A DNA stretch of 63,918 nucleotides, counting the filler, from Octopus bimaculoides (lineage: Eukaryota): NCBI RefSeq assembly GCF_001194135.2. It is 5 parts of 5 records of this genome, joined end to end, with 100 filler letters (N's around TTAATTAATTAA, not from the genome) between each part and the next. Parts side by side here need not be neighbours in the genome. Positions count along the whole stretch, not along the records: positions 1 to 12,609 come from NC_068982.1; positions 12,710 to 36,148 come from NC_068989.1; 3 more parts are not named here. One strand, written 5' to 3'. A program made the position numbers and the translations under genes. Below, piece after piece: positions 12,548 to 24,425 of the stretch. Under the pieces are notes generated by a model. The model was not told the DNA's origin. It was given only the letters and a program-made list of their open reading frames with translations, and made no database searches. The number at the start of each line of letters is the position of its first letter. Positions within the stretch are counted from its first letter, which is position 1.

Positions 12548-12609
12548 TTGAAAACCAATTTTCAAAAGAAAAGTATTTATAACCTTAAAATAAATTTCTC
12601 ATTCATAAA

Positions 12610-12709
12610 NNNNNNNNNNNNNNNNNNNNNNNNNNNNNNNNNNNNNNNNNNNNTTAATTAATTAANNNNNNNNNNNNNNNNNNNNNNNNNNNNNNNNNNN
12701 NNNNNNNNN
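12610..12709. other. Artificial 100-bp scaffold linker, N44-TTAATTAATTAA-N44
   Basis: Identical construction at four sites; the 12-mer has stops in all six frames. Confidence 0.95.
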
Positions 12710-12739
12710 AATGAGAACAGCAAATAACGTAGATATGCA

Positions 12740-12794
<55 letters not shown>

Positions 12795-12896
12795 CAGCGA
12801 CACACACGTGTGTGCATTATGGGCATGTTATTAAACATTCATGTACGTATGCATGTATGTATGTATGTATATGTGTATATATACACGCACAAATAA

Positions 12897-12937
<41 letters not shown>

Positions 12938-13050
12938 ACATAATACATATCTGCATAAATATATATATTTGTGTGTTTGTGTGTGTATTTACACACACAT
13001 ATATATATATATTATATAATATATATATATATGTATATATATATAATATA

Positions 13051-13183
<133 letters not shown>

Positions 13184-13410
13184 GTACGTAGATGGATAGA
13201 TAAATAGATAGATAAAGTTGTTAATATAGATAGAGATATATATATACTTGCGCATGCGCACACACACGAACAAAGAATCAAGAAAGTGAAAGAAAGAGGT
13301 GGGGAGAGACACACAGAATGATAGGGAAACTAATAGACTTACACAGAAAGATAAATGGCTAGGAAGCGACATTACAATGTTAGCAGTTATAAGAAGATAG
13401 TGAACACACG

Positions 13411-13468
<58 letters not shown>

Positions 13469-13924
13469 TGCACAGACAGGACACAAACACATCTATCTAT
13501 CTATTTATCTGTCTGTCTGCCTGCCAGTCTGTCTACCTGTTTATCCTTCTGAGCGCACACGCGGATACACACGCACGCACGCGCATGCACACACACACAC
13601 AAACGCACACACACATGCACACACATACATACACATACATACACACACACATACACACACACGCACACAGAAAGACAGGCACACATTCAGGAACCTAACG
13701 CCTTAACAGAGACACATTTATAAAGAGAGAACGAAGGAATGGTGTGTGTGAGAGAGAGAGAGAAAGAGAAGGGGAAGGGATGTGAGGAAATGATGATGAG
13801 GGGAGAAAATAAAAGGGACACGTAAGGAAGTAGGAAAAGTAATTAAGAACTGTACTTAATTAATTAGGAAGAAGTTAAGGGTTGCATATATACCATATGT
13901 ATACATACATATGAATACAAACAT

Positions 13925-14080
13925 AATGGCCGTTGGCGTGACTTCGCAGCCATATTGTTTTAAGTTCGGTCCGACTGTGACGCACCATGAGCCAGGGTCT
14001 CCCGCTATAGTTCCGGACAAATCAATGCCTTGTGAAGGAATTTCGTTGATGCAAACTGTGTGGAAGACCGTCGTATACAT
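13925..14080 (+). mobile_element. Diverged SINE family A-related 5' half
   Basis: CTATAG...AATGCCTTGTGA...AAACTGTGTGGAAGACCGTCGTATA resembles family A. Confidence 0.6.
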
Positions 14081-14266
14081 ACAAGCATAGATAGTTAAAT
14101 AAGATTCGGGTAAAAAAAATCTTGTAGAATGCTATGCAAAGCTCGTCCACAGTTATTGGCTACCTGATGTTATCATACAGTGGAAATTATCCTGCTACCG
14201 GATATACACTAAAAATTCCATAGTCTCCTTTAGAGTTTATATAAATAGATAAATGATAGAAAATGG

Positions 14267-14526
14267 AATGAACGACATTCTTTATTTAAAATACTATAAT
14301 TTTTCCAACATATTTTTACACCTTTACTACATTGGTGAGATATGTTCTGTAATCATTATCATTCTTCCAATGTATAAAATGCGCCTTATTTAAATAAGCA
14401 CCTGAGAAGGTGCATTTTACACTTTGAATGGATGATAATGACTATACACCATCTCATCAAAGTACTGCAGGAATAAAAAGGTGTCGAAACAAGTGTAGGG
14501 AATTTAAATAAGGGATGTCGATCATT
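14267..14526. repeat. Diverged ~260-bp fold-back palindrome (MITE-like)
   Basis: Ends AATGAACGACATTCTTTATTTAAA / TTTAAATAAGGGATGTCGATCATT; inner AAAATGCGCCTT / AAGGTGCATTTT; similarity persists along the arms. Confidence 0.8.
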
Positions 14527-14867
14527 TCTTTTTATTACCATTTATCTACAAACATACTTGTCTGTGTGCGTGCATTTGCCTCAAGTGCCAAAATGTATAG
14601 CCGCTAAACATAGGTCGAAGGTCCAGTCAGCCATGCGAAATCATCAGTGACCAAGCTGCAGCGCCCAATCGACTCATTAAGCCATAGCCGCCTTTGTCTA
14701 TGAGACACAAAAAAAATCAGATTCTCTTTTTCTCCTTGTAATTTGAAGTATCGAGAAATTATACCTCTTTCTCATTCAGTGTCACTAACAAGTTACACTA
14801 GGTTCTTGTTTACCTTCTCTATCCGCATAAATAATTTTTTTAAATTGTGTGTGCGCGCGCGTATGTC

Positions 14868-14990
14868 GACTAGAGTAAAGTGATATGAAGTGTTTTGCTC
14901 AAGAACACAACGCACCGGCCAGTTCGGAATTTGGAATTTGAAACCACGATCAAGCGATTGTGAGTACTACACTCTAAGTACGGGCCATCA
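14868..14990 (-). mobile_element. SINE family C head (tRNA-like plus CORE-like), diverged
   Basis: Reverse complement contains GTGTTCTTGAGCAAAACACTTCAT as in the copies at 19352 and 31690. Confidence 0.6.
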
Positions 14991-15040
14991 CACACACACA
15001 CACACATACACACACACATATATACACATATATACAGGCA

Positions 15041-15201
15041 CAGGCGCGGTTGTGCAGTAAGAAGCTTGCTTCCCAACCACATGGTTCCGGGTTCAGTCCC
15101 ACTGCTTGACATCTTGGGTAAGTGTCTTCTACTATAGCTGCGGGCCGACCAAAACCTTGTGAGTGAATTTGGTAGACGGAAACTGAAAGAAGCCCATCGT
15201 A
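15041..15201 (+). mobile_element. SINE family A 5' half; internal (TA)n runs into an N gap
   Basis: Matches family A. Confidence 0.85.
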
Positions 15202-15205
15202 TATA

Positions 15206-15245
<40 letters not shown>

Positions 15246-15832
15246 NNNNNNNNNNNNNNNNNNNNNNNNNNNNNNNNNNNNNNNNNNNNNNNNNNNNNNN
15301 NNNNNNNNNNNNNNNNNNNNNNNNNNNNNNNNNNNNNNNNNNNNNNNNNNNNNNNNNNNNNNNNNNNNNNNNNNNNNNNNNNNNNNNNNNNNNNNNNNNN
15401 NNNNNNNNNNNNNNNNNNNNNNNNNNNNNNNNNNNNNNNNNNNNNNNNNNNNNNNNNNNNNNNNNNNNNNNNNNNNNNNNNNNNNNNNNNNNNNNNNNNN
15501 NNNNNNNNNNNNNNNNNNNNNNNNNNNNNNNNNNNNNNNNNNNNNNNNNNNNNNNNNNNNNNNNNNNNNNNNNNNNNNNNNNNNNNNNNNNNNNNNNNNN
15601 NNNNNNNNNNNNNNNNNNNNNNNNNNNNNNNNNNNNNNNNNNNNNNNNNNNNNNNNNNNNNNNNNNNNNNNNNNNNNNNNNNNNNNNNNNNNNNNNNNNN
15701 NNNNNNNNNNNNNNNNNNNNNNNNNNNNNNNNNNNNNNNNNNNNNNNNNNNNNNNNNNNNNNNNNNNNNNNNNNNNNNNNNNNNNNNNNNNNNNNNNNNN
15801 NNNNNNNNNNNNNNNNNNNNNNNNNNNNNNNN

Positions 15833-16010
15833 TCTCTCCCTCGCTCTCTCCCTCGCTCTCTCCCTCGCTCTCTCTCGCTCTCTCCCTCGCTCTCTCTCGC
15901 TCTCTCCCTCGCTCTCTCGCGCTCTCTCCCTCGCTCTCTCCCTCGCTCTCTCCCTCGCTCTCTCTCGCTCTCTCCCTCGCTCTCTCTCGCTCTCTCCCTC
16001 GCTCTCTCTC
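15833..16010. repeat. CT-rich minisatellite built from CTCTCTCCCTCG / CTCTCTCG units
   Basis: Directly visible. Confidence 0.9.
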
Positions 16011-16164
16011 GCCCCCCCTCTCTCTCTTTCTATCTCACATGCACACTCATACACGCACCGCCTCTCTCATTTTTCTTACTCACTTTCTTTCTCTTTCTCT
16101 TTCTTACACACACACACACACACATACGATGTACACCTTGTTTTAGACATAAGGATTTCCGACA

Positions 16165-16560
16165 TGTTTTTTTTCTTCTTTTGTTTAAGTCAATGGACCG
16201 TGGCCATGCTGGGGCATTGCCTTGAAGGGTCAAAATAAATCGATCTCGGCATTTTTTGTTTTAAAGTCTGCTTCTTATTCTACCGGTTACTTTTGCCGAG
16301 CCGCTAAGTTACGGAGACATAAACAAACCAACACCTGTTGTCAAGTACTGGCGGGAGAACAAACACAGACGCAAATACGCACACACAAGCACACACACAC
16401 GCACACACATCATTATATCATAATACATATGTATAAGACGGTCTTCCATACAGTTTCTGCCTACCAAATTCATAAACAAGAGAATTTTTCGACCCGAGAG
16501 GACACTTGCTCAATGTGCCACACAGTGGGACAGAACCTAAAACCACGCTGGATTAAACAA
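16165..16560 (-). mobile_element. SINE family A, diverged
   Basis: Reverse complement matches the family A tail and a degraded head. Confidence 0.8.
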
Positions 16561-16656
16561 CAGATGCAACTCTTTGTACATTCTTAACTATTTGTGAACA
16601 GTATATAATTAAAATGACCAGAGTTGCTAATACTAGTAGGCTTGTAATCTGTCATG

Positions 16657-17031
16657 GTGGAGGCGCAATGGCCCAGTGGTTAGGGCAGCGTACACGTGGT
16701 CGTAGGAGCGTGGTTTCGATTCCCAGACCGGGCTTTGTGAGTGTTTATTGAGCGAAAACACCTAAAGCTCCACGAGGCTCCGGCAGGGGATGGTGGCGAA
16801 CCCTGCTGTACTCTTTCACCACAACTTTCTCTCACTCTTACTTCCTGTTTCTGTAATTCAAAGGGTCAGCCTTGTCACACTGTGTCACGCTGAATATTCC
16901 CGAGAACTACGTTAAGGGTACACGTGTCTGTGGAGTGCTCAGTCACTTGCACGTTAATTTCACGAGCAGGCTGTTCCGTTGATCGGATCAGCTGGAACCC
17001 TCGTCGTCGTGACCGATGGAATGCCAACCAA
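16657..17031 (+). mobile_element. SINE family R (tRNA-Arg-like head), full length with a 12-bp TSD
   Basis: Head GGAGGCGCAATGGCCCAGTGGTTAGGGCAGCG; TSD TAATCTGTCATG at 16645-16656 and 17032-17043; resembles the described octopus tRNA-Arg-derived SINEs (recalled, not checked). Confidence 0.92.
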
Positions 17032-17573
17032 TAATCTGTCATGACCACTAAAGAAAACAAAATGTATATCATTGAGCCTTAAATACATCACAGAATTCTC
17101 TTTCTTTTTTTTTCTTTTTTTTTCCAAGGTCGAAAAATACAGGCCCCAAACAAACTGCTAATTTTATGACCAAAGATCAAGTTTCAATTACAGTGAAGTA
17201 CAGCAATTCACACATCTGGAAGGGTGCTCAAAAGAAAAAAAAAATTGAACTACGGGGAAGAAATGTCATTAGCTTCCTAGGCAGATTTTTACTTCCCGTA
17301 ACATTAAAATTAGTTACCAACTACAGAAGCTTCTACTGACTATTTTAATGCTGATAGAAAACCACCACCTTCACCTGGTCCAATCACAATAGTTAACAAG
17401 GAAGGTTCAATGCGGTTGCTTGGTTTCACTTGCTAGAAATAACAACCAAATCTCTAAAATCACACTCTACTGCAATATAAAAAGGAAGGACTTATGGGAT
17501 CTTGTCTTTTTCATTCGCAAACTGATCCCCTTTTAATTTTACTCAGATTGCTTTCAATTTTGGTGTATCTCTA

Positions 17574-17700
17574 AGGCGGCGAGCTGGCAGAATTGTTAGC
17601 ACGCCGACCTCAGCAGAATTTGAACTCAGAGCGTAAAGATGGACGAAATACCACTAAGCATCTCCACCAGCGTGCTTACGATTCTGCCAGCACGTCGCCA
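17574..17700. mobile_element. Fold-back chimera of two family D SINE heads
   Basis: Forward GGCGGCGAGCTGGCAGAATTGTTAGCACGC fused to a reverse copy ending GCGTGCTTACGATTCTGCCAGCACGTCGCC. Confidence 0.8.
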
Positions 17701-18189
17701 TTCTATTACTTATAATAACATAAAGTATAACATACAGGACACTTCCTAAGAAACATCAACTGTGTCGATCTCAACTCTTTCCCTCCAAACCAAAATATTA
17801 AAAGAAAAACGTAAACAACAAACTGTTTCTTTAAGAGCCAATGCGGTCGTCTGATTGGTTCAGACAATTGACACTTAAACGCAACCAATAACCTTCCTTC
17901 TTGATATTTCACCAGTTAATGGAATAAAGTGCCATAGAAAGGCAGACGGCTTTTTTAGTCTTTGGTATCAAATTACTTCTGGGTTCGGGTCAAGAGTTAA
18001 TCCATTTGTACATCGCTTTTATTGTCTGTTACCGTTTAGCCCTAGGTCACATTTGATCGAGCCGAGCAAAGGAAATGTAATAATACAAACGCGTTCCGAC
18101 TATGACCTTCCTGTCTTTTTCATGTGTTAAGAAAACACAAGATCGCATTTTGTGGGATATTTTCCTTTACTGAAACGGTAGTGTATGAT

Positions 18190-18310
18190 TTCAAGAAGGT
18201 TTGGCTGCTCTGTCTAGCAATTCGAGCGATCACGTACGGACTCGACTGTTGGTTCGTCGTCACTTCGAAGTTGAAAGAAACGCAGAAGACATTTGACAGG
18301 CGTCAGTCTT
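18190..18310 (+). pseudogene. Possible ancient LINE reverse-transcriptase C-terminal remnant
   Basis: AITYGLDCWFVVTSKLKETQKTFDRR resembles the LTYGxExW...F(E/D)R motif of RTE-type ORF2. Confidence 0.35.
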
Positions 18311-18382
18311 CAAGGCCATTAATGAAATTCTTGTATTTACATTTTCATGGCATTTATTTACTTCTTGTTTATTTATTTGCCA

Positions 18383-18384
18383 AC

Positions 18385-18418
<34 letters not shown>

Positions 18419-18558
18419 CTTTACCTGTCTGTCTATCTGTCTAACTATCTATCTATTTATCTATCTATTTTTGCAACTGTTTGTCTGTGTGTGTGTGTCT
18501 GTCTGTCTGTCAGTCTCTGTCTGTGCATCTCTTGTTTTATCTTTCGCTCTATCTATCC

Positions 18559-18618
<60 letters not shown>

Positions 18619-18745
18619 CTTTACCTGTCTGTCTATCTGTCTAACTATCTATCTATTTATCTATCTATTTTTGCAACTGTTTGTCTCTGTGTGTGTGTGT
18701 CTGTCTGTCAGTCTCTATCTGTGCATCTCTTGTTTTATCTTTCGC

Positions 18746-18813
<68 letters not shown>

Positions 18814-18830
18814 CCTACCTACCTATCTAT
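18383..18830. repeat. Tandem duplication (~200-bp period) of a compound (TATC)n/(TGTC)n unit
   Basis: CTCTTTACCTGTCTG...GCAACTGTTTG...CTTTCGCTCTATC occurs twice. Confidence 0.9.
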
Positions 18831-19019
18831 TTGTCTATACATACATACATACATACATGCATACATAGACACCTAATGAAGGAAAAACAAAGCAAATTGC
18901 ATAAGGGAATACATGAAGGAATGCATTAGTGCAGTGGATGGCCCAGAGGATCATAAGAAAACCCCAGAAACAAGGGCGAGAGAAGTATATGAAAGGGAGA
19001 AGAAAGGCTTCGCGAAGAT

Positions 19020-19235
19020 TATTTGTTTATCTGTAAGTTACTTCAGTCTGCGGCCATGTTGGGGCAACGCCTTGGAAGTTATATTCGAAAAAATCGACAC
19101 TGTTACTTTTTGTATTTTTTTTGTCTTTTTAAGTCTGCTACTCATTCTGTCGGTATCTTTTACCGAGCCGCTAGTTTGTTGGGATGTAAACAAAGCAACA
19201 CCGATTGCCACACGGAGGTGGAGGTGCTAACACAA
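19020..19235 (-). mobile_element. SINE family A 3' half, diverged
   Basis: Reverse complement of the family A tail. Confidence 0.75.
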
Positions 19236-19351
19236 ACACGCGCACACACACACACACACACACACGTATATATATATATATATATATACGCGCGCGTGTG
19301 TGTGTGTGTGTGTGTGTGTGCGTGCGCGTGTGTGCGTGCGCGTGTGTATGT

Positions 19352-19575
19352 GTGTGTGGCCTAGTGGTTAAGGTGTTGCACTCATCTTCGTTAGATCGTT
19401 GTTTCAGTTCCCAGATCGGGCAGTGTGTTGTGTTCTTGAGCAAAACTCCTCATTTCACATCCCTCCAGTCCACTTAACTAGTGTATAAGTGCACCGGACC
19501 GGCGTCCCGTTCAGGGGAAAGTGTTATGATGCATATCAATTATGCGCCATGGAAACCGGGTAACCAGCCGCATCT
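19352..19575 (+). mobile_element. SINE family C (tRNA-like head, CORE-like block, CCATGGAAAC...AACCGG tail)
   Basis: A box TGGCCTAGTGGT; homologous to 20152-20375 and 31690-31905. Confidence 0.75.
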
Positions 19576-19984
19576 GTCCGAGGACCCGAGACAACAATGT
19601 CCCGCGGTTACCTTTACCTTACCCAAATGCGTACGCATGCTTGTGTCTGTATGGGTATGCGTGTGGGTGTGTGGTTAGAGATTCAAAATAAAAAAAAATA
19701 AACTATACAAGGAAAAGTACCCCTGGGATAGTTATGACATGATGTAAATAATTAGTAAATCATGTGATATACAAAAACACGATGCGTTACAAAAAAAGTA
19801 ATACTAACTGTTACCTGTAAAAATAAGTCTCTGAAGTATCAGGTTACTAGTAAATGCACAGGGGAATCAGTACCAGAAGGTTTACAGAGAAAATAAGGTT
19901 GAAATAAGTGAAGGGCTATAGGAATAGGAATAGTTTCATTGCCTTAATTAGTATACTGAAATATACAGTTATCTTACATGTATA

Positions 19985-20151
19985 TACGAAGGCGTATTGA
20001 AAAGTCTTTGGTTTTGGGTAAAAAAAATATATATATATAGGAGGATCAGTTAATTATGTTTTGACGTATTTAACATATTCCCGTCGCAGATCCACACACT
20101 TATTGCAGCGGTCCTTCAGTTTTTCTAAGCCCTGTAAAAGAACTCAGAAGG
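19985..20151 (-). mobile_element. Partial mariner-derived MITE (same family as 35172-35390)
   Basis: Reverse complement matches 35250-35390 including the TIR. Confidence 0.8.
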
Positions 20152-20375
20152 TCTATGACTCACAGAACCGGTTACCTGGTTTCCATGGCATATAACCACT
20201 GAGGACGAAACGCCAATCCAGTTCATTGTAGGGTTACTCATTTACGACTGAGTGGACTGGACTAACGTGAAATGAAGTGTTTCACCCAAGACCCAAAAAC
20301 GCCATCCTGTCCGGGTATCGAAACTACGATCTAGCGATCGTGATGCAACACCTTAACTACTTGGCCACACGCCTT
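20152..20375 (-). mobile_element. SINE family C
   Basis: Reverse complement starts GGCGTGTGGCCAAGTAGTTAAGGTGTTG and has the family C body. Confidence 0.75.
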
Positions 20376-21264
20376 CACACTGCTCACTGAAGGAAACTAA
20401 TTGTTAGCCAAACCATTTAAAAGACGGGATGGTCAGGCATGGTGTGATGTTGATCATAGGCTTATTCGGACTCGACCGAGGCCCAGGAATTCTTGACCGC
20501 AACGTCAGACTGACCAGAAGCAAAACAGAAAAAAACTAAAATCTCACCTCGTCTTGTCTTGATTCCCATCACAACCTTATCTCCAGCATCCCGCCATCAC
20601 CACCACTACCAGCGCCAACACTTCCACCACCACAGCCATCACGAAAACTACCAGCATCACCACAACCATTACCACCACCAACAACAACAACACCCACTTT
20701 AGCGGCAACAATAGGAACGGAAGTTTAACCATTCCCGACGAAATAAATTAATGTCAGTGGAATAAAAAAAAAAAAAGAATTAAAAACACGATAAAAACAA
20801 GAACAACAATAACACGTGAGAAAAGGACAGGAGAAATATTTTATGGAAACCAGAGGAAAGAGGTTCGTATGGTGAAATATGTAGGTAATTTAAGGGTCCG
20901 ATGCTAAGTAAGGTCATTTACGGTTCCTTAGGGGACAGGAGACAGAGGTGACAGGCCGATGTCAAATAGAATAAGGAGAAAGAATTTCTACGAGTAGATT
21001 GCATTCAGCGCCCCCTATCAGGGTTCACATGTTGATGAACTGGTTAAGAAATGTTTTGTGTATTCGATATCATGTTTTAGAAAGAGGAAAAAAACGGTTT
21101 TTCTCGTAGCTATATCTATGCATGTATGTGTATGCGCGCGCACGTGTGCGTGTATGTGCATGTGTGTGTGTGTGTGTATGGGTGTCTATGTGTGTGTATG
21201 TGTACGTGTGTGTGAGTGTGTGTATGTGCGTGAATGTGTGTGTGTGTGTGTGCGTATGCGTGTG

Positions 21265-21420
21265 TGATGTACATCATTTACATTATTTACATTTGACGGA
21301 TATTTGTCCTCATCTTGTTTGTAGTTAACACAACGTTTCGGCTGATATACCCTCCAGCCTTCATCAGGTGTCTTGAGGAAATTTCGAACCTGGGTTCTCA
21401 TTCCTAAGGCATTTTTCGAT
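21265..21420 (-). mobile_element. Short Penelope-like non-autonomous element, family P2, next to (TTA)n/(TTC)n
   Basis: About 90% similar by eye to 33865-34010 in the opposite orientation; carries a hammerhead motif. Confidence 0.7.
21327..21372 (-). ncRNA. Minimal type-I hammerhead ribozyme motif with intact core
   Basis: GACAC-CTGATGA-A-GGCTG-(10 nt)-CAGCC-GAAA-CG-TT-GTGTT: stem I GACAC/GTGTT, 5-bp stem II, loop-less palindromic stem III, GUU triplet. Confidence 0.75.
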
Positions 21421-21426
21421 CTTTTT

Positions 21427-21457
<31 letters not shown>

Positions 21458-22671
21458 TTATTATTATTATTATTATTATTATCATTATTTATTANNNNNN
21501 NNNNNNNNNNNNNNNNNNNNNNNNNNNNNNNNNNNNNNNNNNNNNNNNNNNNNNNNNNNNNNNNNNNNNNNNNNNNNNNNNNNNNNNNNNNNNNNNNNNN
21601 NNNNNNNNNNNNNNNNNNNNNNNNNNNNNNNNNNNNNNNNNNNNNNNNNNNNNNNNNNNNNNNNNNNNNNNNNNNNNNNNNNNNNNNNNNNNNNNNNNNN
21701 NNNNNNNNNNNNNNNNNNNNNNNNNNNNNNNNNNNNNNNNNNNNNNNNNNNNNNNNNNNNNNNNNNNNNNNNNNNNNNNNNNNNNNNNNNNNNNNNNNNN
21801 NNNNNNNNNNNNNNNNNNNNNNNNNNNNNNNNNNNNNNNNNNNNNNNNNNNNNNNNNNNNNNNNNNNNNNNNNNNNNNNNNNNNNNNNNNNNNNNNNNNN
21901 NNNNNNNNNNNNNNNNNNNNNNNNNNNNNNNNNNNNNNNNNNNNNNNNNNNNNNNNNNNNNNNNNNNNNNNNNNNNNNNNNNNNNNNNNNNNNNNNNNNN
22001 NCACCCAGAACCGCATTGGTTTCGTCTTCACCCACAGGCAGGTTATGTTTCAACGTGCACCAACTTAGCACAGTCTACAGGAGAGAAACCATTTCCTACG
22101 ATAGATATACATGCGAGTATGTATGTATGTATGTATGTATGTATGTATGCATGACTGTGTCTATGTATGTATTTATATAGATATATATATTTGAGTGTGT
22201 GTGTGTGTGTGTGCTTCGTGTTCGTACAGGCGTGTGTCATAGATATAATACAATATAATTAATGTTAAAATATTCATATCTCTAAACAGCTATTTATTTT
22301 CTCACTAGTATTTTCTTTCAATGGCAGATATCGTGGTGAGACGTACAAGTTTACAACGAAGATGTTTTTGAGTGTTTGCTTCGCGGTTTCAGTTTCCCAT
22401 TAGAACTATTTCAAGACAGTTAACAACGCTGTGCATTCAGACTAGATACGTACGTGTGAACTTGAAAAGAAGATTCGCCGGGCCATGATATGTATAGATT
22501 TCAATGTACGTTGCCTGGTAGCTTGATAGATGAAATAACTCCAATTCTTTATTCCAAGTATATTATTTGAATTACAGACGCCATAAATGCGACATCATCT
22601 CAAAGTATCATGGAAGACGTAACTGTTGTATCTTGCTGAAGACAGGGGATTCTAATAATCCTTTTTACTAA

Positions 22672-23025
22672 GACGGCGAGCTGGCAGAAATGTTAGCACT
22701 CCGGGCGAAATGCTTAGCGGTATTTCGTCTGTCTACACTCTGAGTTCGAATTCCGCCGAGGTCAATATTGCCTTTCATCCTTTCGGGGTCGATAAATTAA
22801 GTACCAGTTACGCACTGGGGTCGATGTAATCGACTTAATCCGTTTGTTTGTCCCCTCTATGTTTAGCCCCTTGTGGGCAATAAAGGATTAAGAAACGTTA
22901 GCACGCCGGACGAAATGCTTAGCAGTATTTCATCTGTCTTTACGTTCTGAGTTCAAATTTCACCGAGGTCGACTTTGCCTTTCACCCTTTCGGGGTCGAT
23001 AAATTAAGTACCAGTTGCGTCCTGG
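22672..23025 (+). mobile_element. Two tandem SINE family D copies, CpG-rich
   Basis: A box TGGCAGAAATGT, B box GAGTTCGAATTC, body GCCTTTCATCCTTTCGGGGTCGATAAATTAAGTACCAG twice. Confidence 0.9.
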
Positions 23026-23540
23026 TTTAGCTCATTTTTCCATAATATTTGCATAATTTTTGACTTGCAGTGCAACTGTAGTAAGGCATACTCAACCTAA
23101 AACACTGTTAAATACCCAAATTTGTAGAGGAAAACCTTACAAATTACGTGGGGTATATATTAAATTTATAAAAATGAATAGAAAATGGAGGTATACAATA
23201 GTCAATTCAAAAATTAAAATTTATTAACATAATATTATATTGTATTATATTCTTATGCTAATATAATATAATGCAATCAATAATAAATATTAAATACAAA
23301 TTACATATAATTGTTTCGATTCTTAATAAAATTATAAAAATCCATTGTTTGTTGGTAGGAATCTCTTTTTTGTCATTTTTAATATATAAGGATTCATAGA
23401 TCCAGGAAAAGACTAACTTTAAATATCTTTGTTTTCAAGCGCGAGCGTCAATAATTAAAAACAAAAACAAATATGAAAAAGGAAAAATAAAATATGAAAA
23501 ATAAACTATATAACGGTCATAAAATATATTGGTATACTAT

Positions 23541-23800
23541 AGGCGCAGGAGTGGCTATGTGCTAAGTAACTTGTTTACCAACCACAAAGTTCTGGGTTCA
23601 GTGCCACTGCGTGGTACCTTGGGTAAGTGTCTTCTATTATAGCCTCAGTCCTACTGAAGCCTTGTGAGTGAATTTGGTAGAAGGAAACTGAAAGAAGACC
23701 GTGGTATATGTGTGTGTCTGTGTTTGTCTCTCACCCCACCCACCATGGCTTGACAACCGATGCTAGTGTGTTTGCGTCCCTGTAACTTAACTATTTGGCA
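23541..23800 (+). mobile_element. SINE family A, 3' truncated
   Basis: Matches family A. Confidence 0.85.
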
Positions 23801-24325
23801 TTAGTTTTTTTTTTCTTTTAAATACCAAGAACAATATTCAAAAAAATATTTTTAAAAGATATATAAGAAAACCATGGCGAAATAAGAAATATCCTTTTCA
23901 TTCTTTCATATAATTGAAAAGTACAGGTTATTATAATAACAATACGTTATTTATTTATGGGTAAATAGCATAATAATATATTTGAAATGCTGTATCATCT
24001 CTAATCAAATAGCAAATAATATTATAAATTACATTGCATAAGTTATTTATAATAATCATTACTAAAAATCAAAGATTCATAATTAAAAATTACGTAGTTT
24101 ATATAAGACAAATAGATAGATAGATAGACAGATAGACAGATAGATAGATAGATACCGGAGTAAGCATAGTGCTCAAATATACCGGAGGTAGAATGATATG
24201 CTTTATTATTAAAGCTGCAAAGTTATCACAAGAATATCACAAAAGAATTGTCCGACGGACGGGGACGTGAAACTCTGAGTAGCAGCTTTTTTTTTTGTGA
24301 TATTTTTGTGATTGCTTTTTGCAGC

Positions 24326-24380
<55 letters not shown>

Positions 24381-24384
24381 TATT

Positions 24385-24425
<41 letters not shown>

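Noticed and set aside
16657-16735. tRNA genes at SINE heads (also 30384, 62800, 7798, 22672)
   Set aside because: No complete cloverleaf; each continues into a repeated SINE body, some with TSDs.
20208-20222. CTGAGGA-C-GAAACG
   Set aside because: No stem II; lies inside a family C SINE.
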